Shown: in pieces, positions 54,258 through 64,000 of the stretch
Numbering within the stretch: position 1 is the stretch's first letter
Layout of the letters: the number at the start of each line of letters is the position of its first letter
Source: Bacillota bacterium
GTDB taxonomy: Bacteria; Bacillota; Clostridia; Saccharofermentanales; DTU023
Length of the DNA: 64,000 nucleotides
Assembly: GCA_023426575.1 (NCBI GenBank)
Contig: JAFAAL010000030.1
Coordinates: 1,637-65,636, forward strand
Reading direction: 5' to 3'
The notes under the pieces: generated by a model
Database searches by the model: none
Seen by the model: only the letters and a program-made list of their open reading frames with translations
What the model was told of the DNA's origin: nothing
Translations under genes and position numbers: made by a program

Positions 54258-56216
54258 ATGCCGATGAATCATCCCGCGACCCCTGGGCCTCGAAGCCTCA
54301 AACAATATCAAGATTTCCTAAATCAGCAGATCGAGACGATAGACAATGCCGCCGAGGCCGAGACGAGGCGCGTTGGCCTCCTCGAGCGCCATGGCGCCAG
54401 AGATGGCCTCGTCACTCTGGATCGGAGACATCCGGTCTACGGCCGAGAGATCTGGATCCCTCACAAGTCTCTTCACGGAGCCCCCTATGGCATGAAGGTT
54501 CTGGTCGAGATCACGGCAGCTGACCCGCCCCGCGGCCAGATCGTGACGGTTCTTGGCGACCCTGAGCGTGAAGACTTGGCCATTATGAGCATCATCCACG
54601 ACTTCGGGCTGAACCCACACTATCCGGAGGAGGCCATGTCCGAGCTTGAGGCTTTTGGCACTGAGTTGACGGCATCTGAGATCCAATCTGAACTCGAGGC
54701 GGGCCGGCGAGATTTGAGAGAGCTCTTTACGATGACGATTGACGGCCTCGATGCCAAGGATCTCGACGACGCGATTTCGATCCGTCGCGAGGGTGAGCTG
54801 ATCCGTCTTTTTGTCCACATCGCGGACGTCAGCCATTATGTGCAGGTGGGGACGGCTCTAGACTTTGAGGCTCTCCAGCGCGGCAATTCAGTCTATCTGG
54901 TCGACCGTGTCTTGCCGATGCTGCCGCCACAGCTGTCGAATGGCCTCTGTTCTTTGAACCCCGGGGTCGACCGCCTGGCCATGACCTCGGAGCTCTTGTT
55001 CAACGCGCGCGGCGAGCGTCTTGAGAGTCAGATATACCCCTCCCTCATCCGCTCGGATCACAGGGGGGATTACACGGAGATCTATGAGGGGACTTATGAC
55101 CCCGCCTATCGAGAAACGGTCGAGCTCATGCGGGAGCTCGCCGAGCAATTGAGTGCCAGACGGCATGAGCGCGGCGCCCTGACCTTTCACTTTCCCGAGA
55201 CGGTCGTGACGCTGAACAGTGAGGGCGAGCCCATAGACATTGCGGCAGAGAGCAGCCATTTTGCCCATGCTCTCATCGAGTCCTTTATGATTGCCGCCAA
55301 CGAGGCCGTGGCTGACTTCTGTCAGCAGCACAAATTGCCTGTCATCTATCGTGTGCACGAGAATCCAGATCCTGAAATGATCGCCGCCCTGAGGGAAGTC
55401 CTGCGCCTGAGGGGCATTCCTGTCAAGATTCCGCAAAAACTCGATCCCAAGGCGCTCCAGACGGTTCTCGAGGCCATTCAGGAGCGCCCCGAGGCCGAAG
55501 CTCTCAACTTCCTCATCTTGCGCTCGCTGGCGAAGGCGGAATACCATGCGGAGAATCTCGGGCACTTTGGTCTCGCGAGCCAGTCATACCTGCACTTTAC
55601 AGCGCCCATCCGCCGCTATGCTGACCTCCACAGCCATCGCGTCATCCGTCGCTATATAAACGACCGCCGCGATCGCAGCAGCGACTTGCGAGCTCTGACG
55701 CGCCCCATCGCCAAGCACATCTCCGAAACCGAGCGCAATGCCATGGATGCTGAGCGCGCCTCTGTCGATCAGAAGATCTGCGAATATTATCAGGATAAGT
55801 TGGGCGAGGTCTACCGCGCCACAGTCTCTGGCCTCAGCCCGATCGCCTTCTACGCCCGAATGGCCAATAGTGTCGAGGGCACCGTCCTCTACAGCGAGCT
55901 GCCAGGCTACTTTCAGTATGATGAGCAGCGCCTCGAGGCCGTCGGCCCGGGCCAACTCGCCATCAAGATCGGTGACAGTCTAGAGATGCAGCTCATCCGC
56001 GTCGATCTGCAGCGGCGCTTCCTCGACTTTCGCCCCGTGCGCTTCCTGACGGGCGATCTTGCGGGTAAGAACTTAGACAGTCAGAGACAGCCGGGCAAGG
56101 ACAAGCTCAAGCGCGGCCGCCAGATCAAAGAGGGCAAGACCCAGCGCAAGCGCAAGGTCAAAGAGCATCGCAAACAGCGCCGCGGCGGGATTCAAAAGTT
56201 TAGGAAGCAGAGGTAG
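54258..56216 (+). CDS. rnr: Ribonuclease R
   Basis: RNB motifs TIDGLDAKDLDDAISI and HFGLASQSYLHFTAPIRRYADLHSHR, an S1-like domain and a Lys/Arg-rich tail. Confidence 0.85.
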   Translation: MPMNHPATPGPRSLKQYQDFLNQQIETIDNAAEAETRRVGLLERHGARDGLVTLDRRHPVYGREIWIPHKSLHGAPYGMKVLVEITAADPPRGQIVTVLGDPEREDLAIMSIIHDFGLNPHYPEEAMSELEAFGTELTASEIQSELEAGRRDLRELFTMTIDGLDAKDLDDAISIRREGELIRLFVHIADVSHYVQVGTALDFEALQRGNSVYLVDRVLPMLPPQLSNGLCSLNPGVDRLAMTSELLFNARGERLESQIYPSLIRSDHRGDYTEIYEGTYDPAYRETVELMRELAEQLSARRHERGALTFHFPETVVTLNSEGEPIDIAAESSHFAHALIESFMIAANEAVADFCQQHKLPVIYRVHENPDPEMIAALREVLRLRGIPVKIPQKLDPKALQTVLEAIQERPEAEALNFLILRSLAKAEYHAENLGHFGLASQSYLHFTAPIRRYADLHSHRVIRRYINDRRDRSSDLRALTRPIAKHISETERNAMDAERASVDQKICEYYQDKLGEVYRATVSGLSPIAFYARMANSVEGTVLYSELPGYFQYDEQRLEAVGPGQLAIKIGDSLEMQLIRVDLQRRFLDFRPVRFLTGDLAGKNLDSQRQPGKDKLKRGRQIKEGKTQRKRKVKEHRKQRRGGIQKFRKQR

Positions 56217-56220
56217 AGCT

Positions 56221-57552
56221 GTGCGCGTTGCCTTGATCACTCTGGGTTGCAAGACCAATCATGCAGAATCGGCAAGCCTTGCCGAGAGGTTTCGCGAGGC
56301 TGGCTTCACAATTGTCGAGGCCAGTGAAGAGGCAGATATCTATATCTTGAATTCTTGCACGGTCACCCATGAGGCCGGTCGAAAATGCGAGCAACAGCTG
56401 CGCCGCCTCCGCCGCCTCCATCCCGAGGCGCGCATCGCCGTCATGGGCTGCCACGCCCAGCTCAAGGATCTCTCGCAAGTGGTCGACTTTCAGCGCGGTG
56501 TCATGGACCGCCTCGACCTCCTCAGCTGGGCCAGAGCCTGTCGAGGCGACGCTCCCTTGTCTCCCTCCCGAGACATCTCCATCGGCCCCGCGCGCCAGCG
56601 CGAATTCGAAAGTCTCGGCCTGCTCTCAGAACCTGGAGCGACCCGCGCCATCGTCAAGATTCAAGACGGCTGTGAACTCTTTTGTTCATACTGTGCCATT
56701 TGTCTGGCTCGCGGGCCTGTCCGCAGTCGCGATCGCGCGGAGATCCTCGCCGAGGTACGCCAACTCGCCGCTCGAGATGTCCAGGAGATTGTCCTGACGG
56801 GGATCCACCTCTGCTCCTTCGAAAAGGAGCGGGGACGTGACAGTCTCGCCCTCGCGGAACTTTGTGCCGAGATCGCAGAGATTCCGGCTGTCCGGCGCAT
56901 CCGTCTCGGCTCTCTCGAGCCCAACAGTATGAGTGATGAGGTCCTCGAGCGCCTCGCCGAGATCCCAGAGCTCTGCCCCCACTTCCACCTCTCCCTGCAG
57001 AGCGGCTCTGACAGCGTTCTCCAGCGCATGCGCCGGCGCTATACCGCCGAAGATTACAGACAGCGCGTCCTGAAGATCCGCGAACTCTTTGTCCGCCCCG
57101 CCCTGACGACCGACCTCATGGTCGGCTTCCCCGAGGAGACCGAGGAGGAGCATCAGGAGAGCCTTGCCTTTGTGCGCGAATTAGAACTCTCCCGCCTCCA
57201 CATCTTCCGCTATTCTCCACGCGCCAAGACTCCCGCGGCTAGCTGGCCCCAACTGCCCCCAGAGCTCAGCAAGGCACGCGCCCAGGAGGCACAGCAGCTG
57301 GCCGACTTCCTACTCCACAAATTTCTCGTGCAAAATCTTCCCTTTCCCCAGGAGATTCTCCTGGAGGAAGAAGTCGACGGTCACTGGGAGGGCTATAGCC
57401 GCAATTATATTCGCTGCCGACTCCTCGGCACGGCTTCTCACTCGCGGCACTCGGGCCAGATCCTGACAGCCCAGCCCGTCGATATCGTCGCTGATCGGCT
57501 CCAGCTGCGAGAGATGAGCGCAGATGCTACAAAATCTGATATGAACTTGTAA
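56221..57552 (+). CDS. mtaB: MiaB-like tRNA methylthiotransferase (MtaB type)
   Basis: GTG start. VALITLGCKTNHAESASL (UPF0004 domain), the radical SAM motif CELFCSYC, and a TRAM-like C-terminus. 443 aa. Confidence 0.75.
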   Translation: MRVALITLGCKTNHAESASLAERFREAGFTIVEASEEADIYILNSCTVTHEAGRKCEQQLRRLRRLHPEARIAVMGCHAQLKDLSQVVDFQRGVMDRLDLLSWARACRGDAPLSPSRDISIGPARQREFESLGLLSEPGATRAIVKIQDGCELFCSYCAICLARGPVRSRDRAEILAEVRQLAARDVQEIVLTGIHLCSFEKERGRDSLALAELCAEIAEIPAVRRIRLGSLEPNSMSDEVLERLAEIPELCPHFHLSLQSGSDSVLQRMRRRYTAEDYRQRVLKIRELFVRPALTTDLMVGFPEETEEEHQESLAFVRELELSRLHIFRYSPRAKTPAASWPQLPPELSKARAQEAQQLADFLLHKFLVQNLPFPQEILLEEEVDGHWEGYSRNYIRCRLLGTASHSRHSGQILTAQPVDIVADRLQLREMSADATKSDMNL

Positions 57553-57648
57553 TTTTACGAAGCTTCTCTAAAATATTCAGTAAGCTGAACTCTTTGCAGA
57601 GAGATAAATTTTTCCCGAGTTCAGAAATTGTGTATTAAGGAGAAAAAT

Positions 57649-59028
57649 ATGCAAGTCAAAAAGATTTTTGTCCTGCTCATGCTCGTCCTCGCGATGAGTC
57701 TGGCCTGGACCGCCTGCGCCCCTAAGCAGGAAACGACAAGCACCAGCCCCGATGCCGAGGCTCCCGCAGATGAGGCTCAGACCCCTGCCGACTCGGCCGA
57801 GACCCCAGCAGATGACGTCGCGGCTGCGATTTCCGTCCAAGTAGAAGAGGCCTGGATGCCCCACTACGAGGCTGCGGCCGCCCGCGTCAAGGATCGCTTC
57901 CCGAACGCTGAGATCAACTTTATTCAGATTGGCGCCTTTGAGCACCTGGAAACCATCGATAGCACCGACGTCATGAACCAGGACGTCGCCGACGTCTATG
58001 CCTATCCTCTGGATCGCTTTGTCGACTTGGTCGAAAAGGATGCTCTGGCGGCTTTTGACGCGCCTGCTATGGCTGGCAAGCTCGGCGGTTTCCCCGACTA
58101 TTCGAAGAGCATCGGCAACGCTCTGATGAAGGAGGGCAGCTATTTCGGCTTCCCCTACAATATCGAGACGCTGATCATCTTTGCCAACGAGAAGAACGCC
58201 GCCGATCAAAAGATCGACCTCTCGCAGCCCGTGGAACTCACCGCGCTCGAGAATCCCAAGACGGCCCTCTTGCCGATCTTTGATGCCTGGTTCGGCGTCG
58301 CCCTGACCAACAGCGCAGATATCGAGCTCCTCGGCCAGGCCGACGGCGCTTTCTTCTCAGACTTCAGCCAGCCCTGGGCCGAGCTCAGTCCTGAGAAGCA
58401 GCAGTTCATCGAGGCCATCTACAAGTATTGGAAGATCAACTTCGACGCCAACTCCGCCCTCTTCGATCCCGACGCAGGTTGGGGCTACATCGATGAGAGC
58501 TTCCGCTCCGGCAACGAGGGCGTCCTCCGCCTCGGTGGTCCATGGGAGACCAACGGCGTTAAAGAGCTGACCAATGACGGCGCCGACCTCGGTATCTACC
58601 CGATCAACCACATCACCGTCAATGGCCATCCCCTCAAGCACTGGCAGGGCGGTTGGGCCCTCGGCATCAACGCGCGCTGCGAAGAAGATGCTGCCAAGAT
58701 GCAGCTTGCCCAGGCCATGATCGAAGAGATCGTCAATCCCGAATTTGCCGTCGACTTGTTCAAGGCCACAGGCAAGATCCTCGAAAACGTCCCTGCGGAT
58801 GTCTACACCAATTCGGACCTCAACGAGATCGACAAAAAGGTCATCGCCGCCGTCATCGAATCCTACAAGATTTCGCAGAACCGTCCGCTCTTCAGAGAGT
58901 GGGGTGAGGTCTGGGATACTTACAAGAACGCGATCCTCTCCTGGAACAGCGTAAAACCCGACAGTGCCGAGGCTGCCTATGAGCAGTTGCAGGCCTCCTT
59001 TGCCTCCCTCTTGGAGCGTCAGAAATAA
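57649..59028 (+). CDS. Sugar ABC substrate-binding lipoprotein (family 1, maltodextrin-like)
   Basis: AAGGAGA RBS. MQVKKIFVLLMLVLAMSLAWTAC lipobox, an acidic A/E/P/T linker and an SBP body. Upstream of the MalF/MalG/MalK-like genes. Confidence 0.75.
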   Translation: MQVKKIFVLLMLVLAMSLAWTACAPKQETTSTSPDAEAPADEAQTPADSAETPADDVAAAISVQVEEAWMPHYEAAAARVKDRFPNAEINFIQIGAFEHLETIDSTDVMNQDVADVYAYPLDRFVDLVEKDALAAFDAPAMAGKLGGFPDYSKSIGNALMKEGSYFGFPYNIETLIIFANEKNAADQKIDLSQPVELTALENPKTALLPIFDAWFGVALTNSADIELLGQADGAFFSDFSQPWAELSPEKQQFIEAIYKYWKINFDANSALFDPDAGWGYIDESFRSGNEGVLRLGGPWETNGVKELTNDGADLGIYPINHITVNGHPLKHWQGGWALGINARCEEDAAKMQLAQAMIEEIVNPEFAVDLFKATGKILENVPADVYTNSDLNEIDKKVIAAVIESYKISQNRPLFREWGEVWDTYKNAILSWNSVKPDSAEAAYEQLQASFASLLERQK

Positions 59029-59079
59029 GTCCTGATTAGAAGACGGGGCGCCAGCAGGCGTCCCGTTTTTATATTAGCT

Positions 59080-59514
59080 ATGAAGATGGTGACATGTGAC
59101 AGACCCGACCGCAGGGCCCTGCTGCTCATCCTGAGTCTCGCCGCGGTATATAGCCTCGCAGCCAGCTGCGAGCTCTTTTGGCTTCTCGGACGCGAGGAAC
59201 TCTTCCTCGCGCAACAGTCTGCTCAGCCGAATTTGAGCTACGGCGACTTCCAGCAATTCTTACTCTTGCGCTTTTGGGGTGGCCTGATCCCCGTCATCAC
59301 CCTCGCTGGCTATGCCTATTGGGGCTGGCCGCGCTTCGGTCTCCGACGATTTGGGACGGGCGTCTTTGTGCTCATCCTGACTTACACCCTCATGACGCAG
59401 CTCCTCGAGCTCCGGCTCGACTCCATCTTCTACTACCTCCGCAGCTTGAGCCTTATCGGCCTGATTCTCACTGTATTAAACGCCCGCCGCCTCAGTCAGA
59501 CGGCGACCAGATGA
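59080..59514 (+). CDS. Small hypothetical membrane protein
   Basis: 144 aa with 3-4 predicted TM helices, sitting between the SBP and permease genes. No family recognised. Confidence 0.4.
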   Translation: MKMVTCDRPDRRALLLILSLAAVYSLAASCELFWLLGREELFLAQQSAQPNLSYGDFQQFLLLRFWGGLIPVITLAGYAYWGWPRFGLRRFGTGVFVLILTYTLMTQLLELRLDSIFYYLRSLSLIGLILTVLNARRLSQTATR

Positions 59515-59526
59515 AGAGGTGACCCT

Positions 59527-61602
59527 ATGGCCTACCAGCCCTATGTCTATGACGAGCTCGGCCGCGAGTACCCCCGCAAGAACTTGTACCTACAAGAGCT
59601 TGCAGACCTCGATGCCGCCCTCCAAGCTGCGAGTCCCCCCGCAGAGCTCAAAGAAAAGCGCCGTGAGCTCGTCCGCCACCGCGCCCAGCATCCCCACATC
59701 CAAGAGCTCGAAGCCGCGCGCGCGGCCGCCAAAAAATTTGAGAGCGAATTGAGAGCGCGACTTAAAAGGGAGCTTCAGCCCAGCGCCTTCAGCTCTCGCC
59801 TGCTCTATCGCTTAAGCTATAGCTTGCGCGAGGCCGAGGCTCGCATCGACTTCTACCAGCCCCTTGCCGGACTCGACTATGACTTCGAGCTCGCCTACCA
59901 GACCGCCGCCATCCAAGCGGCACGCCTCCCCCAGGTCATTGAGCGCCGCAAGAGCCTCGAGGCCCTCGCCGAGTCACTCAAGGCGGAACTCCAGAGCGAG
60001 CGCCAAGCCGAGCACCGCGAGGTCGAAGCCGCGATTGCCAAGAAACAGGCAGAGGTCGACGCAAAGCTCCAAGAGCAAGTGCAAAAGCTCAAGTCCCTGC
60101 GCCGTGATCGTCAGATTTCCGCCCGAGCCTATCGCAATCAGCGCGAACAGCAAAAGCGCGCGGCCCAAGAGGAGAAGACGGCCCTCAAGCTGACTCATCC
60201 CGTCCTCCGCCTCGAGCAAAAGCTCAAAAATGTCAGACATCACCTGAGAGTCGACCCCGAGGCCGAGCAGCGCGTCATCAATTCTGACATCTCAGACATC
60301 CGTCGCAAGACCCCCGTCGAAGTCGAGCAAGAGCGCCCGTACAAGGCCTACCTGACCTTCCTCCTGCCAGGACTCGGCCAGCTCTTAAATGGCCAGAAGG
60401 TCAAGGCCATCGCCTTCTTCCTCCTCTCCCTCCTGATCTACGGCGTCAACTTCCCCTATGTCCTCGGCAAGCACAATTACCGTGGCGACGGCCTCATGGG
60501 CCTCATCACCCTCGCCGCGGGCCGCTCCAGAGTCGACCGCTCGATTATCTTTATGATTGAGGGCATCATCTCCCTCTTCCTCTTGATCTTCGCTCTCGCC
60601 ATCCTCTACCTCTCCTTCCGCGACGTCCTCCATGTCGAGCGCGCGAGAATCCGCGGCATCCGCCCGCACAATCTCTTCGAGACGCGGCAGGAAATTCAGC
60701 GCAAGGGCTTCCCCTATCTCGTCTCCCTGCCCGCCCTGATCCTCATCGTCTTCATCGTCATGGTCCCAATCCTCTCGACGATTCTGATCTCCTTTACCAA
60801 CTACGACCCGCAGCACCAGTCAAAATTTGTCTGGAACGGGCTCAACAATTACAAGGAGATCTTCCTCGGCCAGGGCGTCGCCGGCGGCCCCTTCTGGCAC
60901 ATCCTCGGCTGGACCCTGATCTGGACCCTCGGAGCCACGACCCTGGCCATCTCTGTAGGCTTTGGCCTCTCGCTGCTCGTCCACCAGGAGCGCGTCAAGG
61001 GCAAGAAGATCTTCAGAACCATCTACCTCCTGCCCTGGGCCGTCCCCGCCTTTATCACGATCATGATGTTCTCCATCATGTTCTCGCCCGGCGGCCCGCT
61101 CGCCGAGATTCTCGGCAATCTCATGGGGCACAGCGTCAATATCAAGAATTCGACCGTCGGCACCAGAGTCGTCCTGATCCTCCTCCAGACCTGGCTCGGC
61201 TCCGCCTACGTCTTCATGCTCTCGACGGGCGTCCTCCAGGGTATCCCCTCCGACCTCTACGAAGCCGCACACATGGACGGTGCCACCCCCTTCCAGCAGG
61301 TCACAAAGATTACCATCCCCCTGGTCCTCTACCGCACGGCGCCCCTCCTGATCGGGCAGTACACCTTTAACTTCAACAACTTCTCGATCATCCACCTCTT
61401 CAATGGCGGCGGCCCCTTCAATCCCGTCAAGTACGGCAATATCGCGGGCTCCTCGGACCTCCTGATCTCCTACATCTACAAGCTGACGATTGTTAAACAG
61501 TATCAGGCGATCGGCGCCGCCATCACCATCGTCGTTTCGATCTTCCTGCTCTTCTTGACCTGGATTGGCTACAAGAACAGCAAGGCCTTTAAGGAGAACT
61601 AG
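59527..61602 (+). CDS. Sugar ABC permease (MalF-like) with a ~272-aa charged, coiled-coil-like N-terminal extension
   Basis: The C-terminal ~415 aa is polytopic with the EAA loop EAAHMDGATPFQQVTKITIPL. Residues 1-272 are E/R/K/Q/A-rich with no TM helix. Confidence 0.75.
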   Translation: MAYQPYVYDELGREYPRKNLYLQELADLDAALQAASPPAELKEKRRELVRHRAQHPHIQELEAARAAAKKFESELRARLKRELQPSAFSSRLLYRLSYSLREAEARIDFYQPLAGLDYDFELAYQTAAIQAARLPQVIERRKSLEALAESLKAELQSERQAEHREVEAAIAKKQAEVDAKLQEQVQKLKSLRRDRQISARAYRNQREQQKRAAQEEKTALKLTHPVLRLEQKLKNVRHHLRVDPEAEQRVINSDISDIRRKTPVEVEQERPYKAYLTFLLPGLGQLLNGQKVKAIAFFLLSLLIYGVNFPYVLGKHNYRGDGLMGLITLAAGRSRVDRSIIFMIEGIISLFLLIFALAILYLSFRDVLHVERARIRGIRPHNLFETRQEIQRKGFPYLVSLPALILIVFIVMVPILSTILISFTNYDPQHQSKFVWNGLNNYKEIFLGQGVAGGPFWHILGWTLIWTLGATTLAISVGFGLSLLVHQERVKGKKIFRTIYLLPWAVPAFITIMMFSIMFSPGGPLAEILGNLMGHSVNIKNSTVGTRVVLILLQTWLGSAYVFMLSTGVLQGIPSDLYEAAHMDGATPFQQVTKITIPLVLYRTAPLLIGQYTFNFNNFSIIHLFNGGGPFNPVKYGNIAGSSDLLISYIYKLTIVKQYQAIGAAITIVVSIFLLFLTWIGYKNSKAFKEN

Positions 61603-61603
61603 T

Positions 61604-62530
61604 ATGAAGCAGCAGCAGCAGCAAAAGCCCCCAAAAGAGCCTAAACTCTCCCGCAAGGAGCGCCTCTACCTCTCGGACAAGCCGCCGCTCTCGCCCATTG
61701 GCTACGTCATGCTCGGGATCTCCTATTTGATCTTGATCCTCTGGGCATTCGTCATCCTCTGGCCCCTCATCCAGATGAGCCTTGCAGCTCTGAACGGCGC
61801 CCTCGGCCAGTACATCTCGCTCGGTGGCACTTTTGAGCTCTCCTTGAAGCACTTCCGCTACCTCTTCACCAAGACGCACTTCCTGCTCTGGACAAAGAAC
61901 ACCCTGGTCATCGCCATCTCGACAGCGCTTCTCACTCTGATCGTCGTCTCCTTTACGGGATACGCCTACTCACGCTATCGCTTCTCAGGGCGTCGCGCCT
62001 CCCTGATGGCCATCATGCTGATCCAGACCATCCCCGCCTTCGCTGGGATTACGGCCTACTACACCATTCACTCGATCGTCGCCGCGATCATCCCGAGTTT
62101 TACCCGTCAGATCTGGCTGATCATGATCTACGCGGCAGGCGGAATTGCCGGCAATACCTTCATGCTCAAGGGCTATATCGACGGCATCTCCTCTGAGCTC
62201 GACGATGCGGCAAGAATTGACGGCTGTAGCAATATGCAAGTCTACCGCCTGATCATCATGCCGATCGCCCGCCCGATGCTCGCCATCATCGCCCTCTGGT
62301 CCTTTATCGGGCCATTCCTCGACTTCATGCTGCCGAAGATCCTCCTGACAGATCCCAAGGACTACACCCTGGCCACGGGTCTCTTCACTCTGATCAGCGA
62401 TATGCGTAACATGCACCAGCCCGTCTTCGCCGCCGGGGGGCTCTTGACGGCAGTGCCCATCATCATTCTCTTCATCAGCCTCCAAAAACAGTTGGTCTCT
62501 GGACTGGCACAAGGCTCAGTCAAGGGCTAG
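61604..62530 (+). CDS. Sugar ABC permease (MalG-like)
   Basis: Start MKQQQQQKPPKEPK at ATG 61604. EAA loop DDAARIDGCSNMQVYRLIIMP. Confidence 0.8.
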   Translation: MKQQQQQKPPKEPKLSRKERLYLSDKPPLSPIGYVMLGISYLILILWAFVILWPLIQMSLAALNGALGQYISLGGTFELSLKHFRYLFTKTHFLLWTKNTLVIAISTALLTLIVVSFTGYAYSRYRFSGRRASLMAIMLIQTIPAFAGITAYYTIHSIVAAIIPSFTRQIWLIMIYAAGGIAGNTFMLKGYIDGISSELDDAARIDGCSNMQVYRLIIMPIARPMLAIIALWSFIGPFLDFMLPKILLTDPKDYTLATGLFTLISDMRNMHQPVFAAGGLLTAVPIIILFISLQKQLVSGLAQGSVKG

Positions 62531-62545
62531 AAAGTAAGGTATCCC

Positions 62546-63631
62546 ATGGAAATTAAACTGAAAAATGTTGGTAAAAAATATGAGGGTCGTGAAAACTTCA
62601 CGATTCGCCACATCAATCTCGAGATCGCCGACAAGGACTTTTGCGTCATCCTCGGACCCTCCGGCTGTGGCAAGAGCACACTGCTTCGAATGATTGCCGG
62701 GCTCAACTCCATCACCGAGGGCGAGATGTACTTTGGCCACCGCCTGATCAACAAGGTCGAGCCCAAGGATCGCGACATTGCCATGGTCTTTCAGTCCTAT
62801 GCCCTCTACCCCCACATGACGGTCTACGACAATATGGCCTTCTCTCTGGCGATGCGCAAGGAGCGCAAAGAGGTCATCCACGACCGCGTCATGGAAGCGG
62901 CCGAGATCCTCCAGATCACGGATTACCTCTACTCGCGTCCCTCAGACATCTCCGGCGGCCAGAGGCAAAGAGTCGCCCTCGGCCGAGCCATGGTCAGAAA
63001 GCCGGCCGTCTTCCTGATGGACGAGCCCCTCTCAAACCTCGATGCCAAGCTGCGCGAGCACATGCGAGTCGAACTTGTCCGCCTCCACAAATCACTCCAG
63101 ACGACGACCATCTACGTCACGCACGATCAGACCGAGGCGATGACGATGGCCACGCGCATCGTCCTCCTCGACGGCGGCAAGATTCAGCAAGTGGGCAAGC
63201 CAGAAGACTTCTATAACAGACCTGCCAACCTCTTCGTCGCTGGCTTCATCGGTTCGCCGACGATGAATACCTTCCCTGGCCGTTACGAAAATGGAGAGTT
63301 CATTTCAGACAGCGGTATAATCAGAGTGACACCCAAGCCTGAGGATCAGGCAGCTCTCGCCCCCTATGAGGGCCGGGCCGTCCACCTCGGCATCCGCAGT
63401 GAGCGCTTTATCGCCGGCATCGGCGACGACGGCAAGCTGGCGGCCAATATCGAAGTGGTCGAGATGCTCGGCAAGGAGAAACTCCTCTACTGTGAGCTCC
63501 CCGATGGCACGAACTGCGTCATCTCGCAACCCGGCTACTACGAATACGCCCCCGACGAGGTCCATAACTTCCACCTCGACAAGGACGGCCTCCACTTCTT
63601 CGCCAGTGACACGGGAGAGCGCATCAACTAA
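62546..63631 (+). CDS. Sugar ABC ATPase (MsmX/MalK/UgpC type)
   Basis: GPSGCGKSTLLRMIAGL, SGGQRQRVALGRAMV, FLMDEPLSNLD and a C-terminal TOBE-like regulatory domain. Confidence 0.9.
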   Translation: MEIKLKNVGKKYEGRENFTIRHINLEIADKDFCVILGPSGCGKSTLLRMIAGLNSITEGEMYFGHRLINKVEPKDRDIAMVFQSYALYPHMTVYDNMAFSLAMRKERKEVIHDRVMEAAEILQITDYLYSRPSDISGGQRQRVALGRAMVRKPAVFLMDEPLSNLDAKLREHMRVELVRLHKSLQTTTIYVTHDQTEAMTMATRIVLLDGGKIQQVGKPEDFYNRPANLFVAGFIGSPTMNTFPGRYENGEFISDSGIIRVTPKPEDQAALAPYEGRAVHLGIRSERFIAGIGDDGKLAANIEVVEMLGKEKLLYCELPDGTNCVISQPGYYEYAPDEVHNFHLDKDGLHFFASDTGERIN

Positions 63632-63658
63632 GAGAGGTCACAAGCTCAGAGGTTTAAT

Positions 63659-64000
63659 ATGAAAATCATCTGCACAGCTCTAGTGCTCCTGTTTGCGCTC
63701 TCGGCAATCGCCTGTTCGACAGAGCAAGCGTCTGGCCTCAGCACGACAGCCAAGGAGCAGCTTGAAGAGAGAGAAGGAGTCAATATCATGAATCAGAAAT
63801 CGAGGAGTCAGAACCTACACACGATCTACTTTGCCGGCGGCTGCTTCTGGGGAGTAGAACACTACTTCCAGCAGCTGACTGGGGTCGAGGCGACAGAAGT
63901 CGGCTATGCCAATGGCGACGGCGAGCAGACCTCCTATCAGAAAATCGGCAGCACGGGCCACGCCGAGACGGTCAAGATCGTCTTCGACCGCAACCGCATC
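63659..64000 (+). CDS. msrA: Peptide-methionine (S)-S-oxide reductase with lipoprotein-type signal peptide, 5' part (runs off the right edge)
   Basis: Hand-translated: [20 protein letters not shown]...[18 protein letters not shown]...[16 protein letters not shown] is the active-site motif. Confidence 0.8.
   Translation, partial: MKIICTALVLLFALSAIACSTEQASGLSTTAKEQLEEREGVNIMNQKSRSQNLHTIYFAGGCFWGVEHYFQQLTGVEATEVGYANGDGEQTSYQKIGSTGHAETVKIVFDRNRI

Noticed and set aside
1-64000. Scan for CRISPR arrays, rRNA and tRNA genes
   Set aside because: No spaced repeat arrays and no T-loop (GGTTCGAATCC-like) or rRNA-like segments were seen in any intergenic gap large enough to hold them.

Overview
This 64-kb window comes from a high-GC bacterial chromosome. 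Hand counts on sampled 60-nt lines give about 57-62% GC. The synteny is Firmicutes-type: rpmG-secE-nusG-rplKAJL with an attenuator-type rplJ leader, UPF0297-ruvX-DUF1292, FemAB and YitT. Most of the window is tightly packed housekeeping and transport genes. These include ispE, a peptide ABC system with a fused permease-ATPase-ATPase subunit, a MacB/FtsX-type ABC operon carrying a 740-aa surface protein, tnaA, a DUF1015/dehydrogenase/class-V aminotransferase block, sbcCD, a MATE pump, yebC, serS/thrS, hpt, an AlaX-CPBP-DUF2156 operon, rnr, mtaB, a maltodextrin-like ABC system and a partial msrA. The outlier is a ~6.8-kb low-GC island (28-40% GC in sampled lines) at ~36.1-42.9 kb, wedged between two intrinsic terminators directly behind rplL. 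One tightly coupled minus-strand operon in the island encodes a 68-aa Cys-rich peptide with two TCxCxC triads exactly 24 residues apart. The same operon encodes two paralogous ABC-2-like permeases, an ABC ATPase and a 517-aa radical SAM/SPASM enzyme. A fused TMD-NBD ABC exporter converges on the operon from the plus strand. I read this as a horizontally acquired RiPP (sacti-/ranthipeptide-like) biosynthesis, immunity and export cluster whose precursor motif I do not recognise. A second, intermediate-GC copy of the permease+ATPase pair lies at the left window edge, and its permease is disrupted. Secondary items are a ~630-nt promoter-to-terminator ORF-free segment (candidate large ncRNA), several unusual domain fusions or extensions, and small regulatory repeats. 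All homology calls are motif recognition by eye; no database search or folding computation was run.
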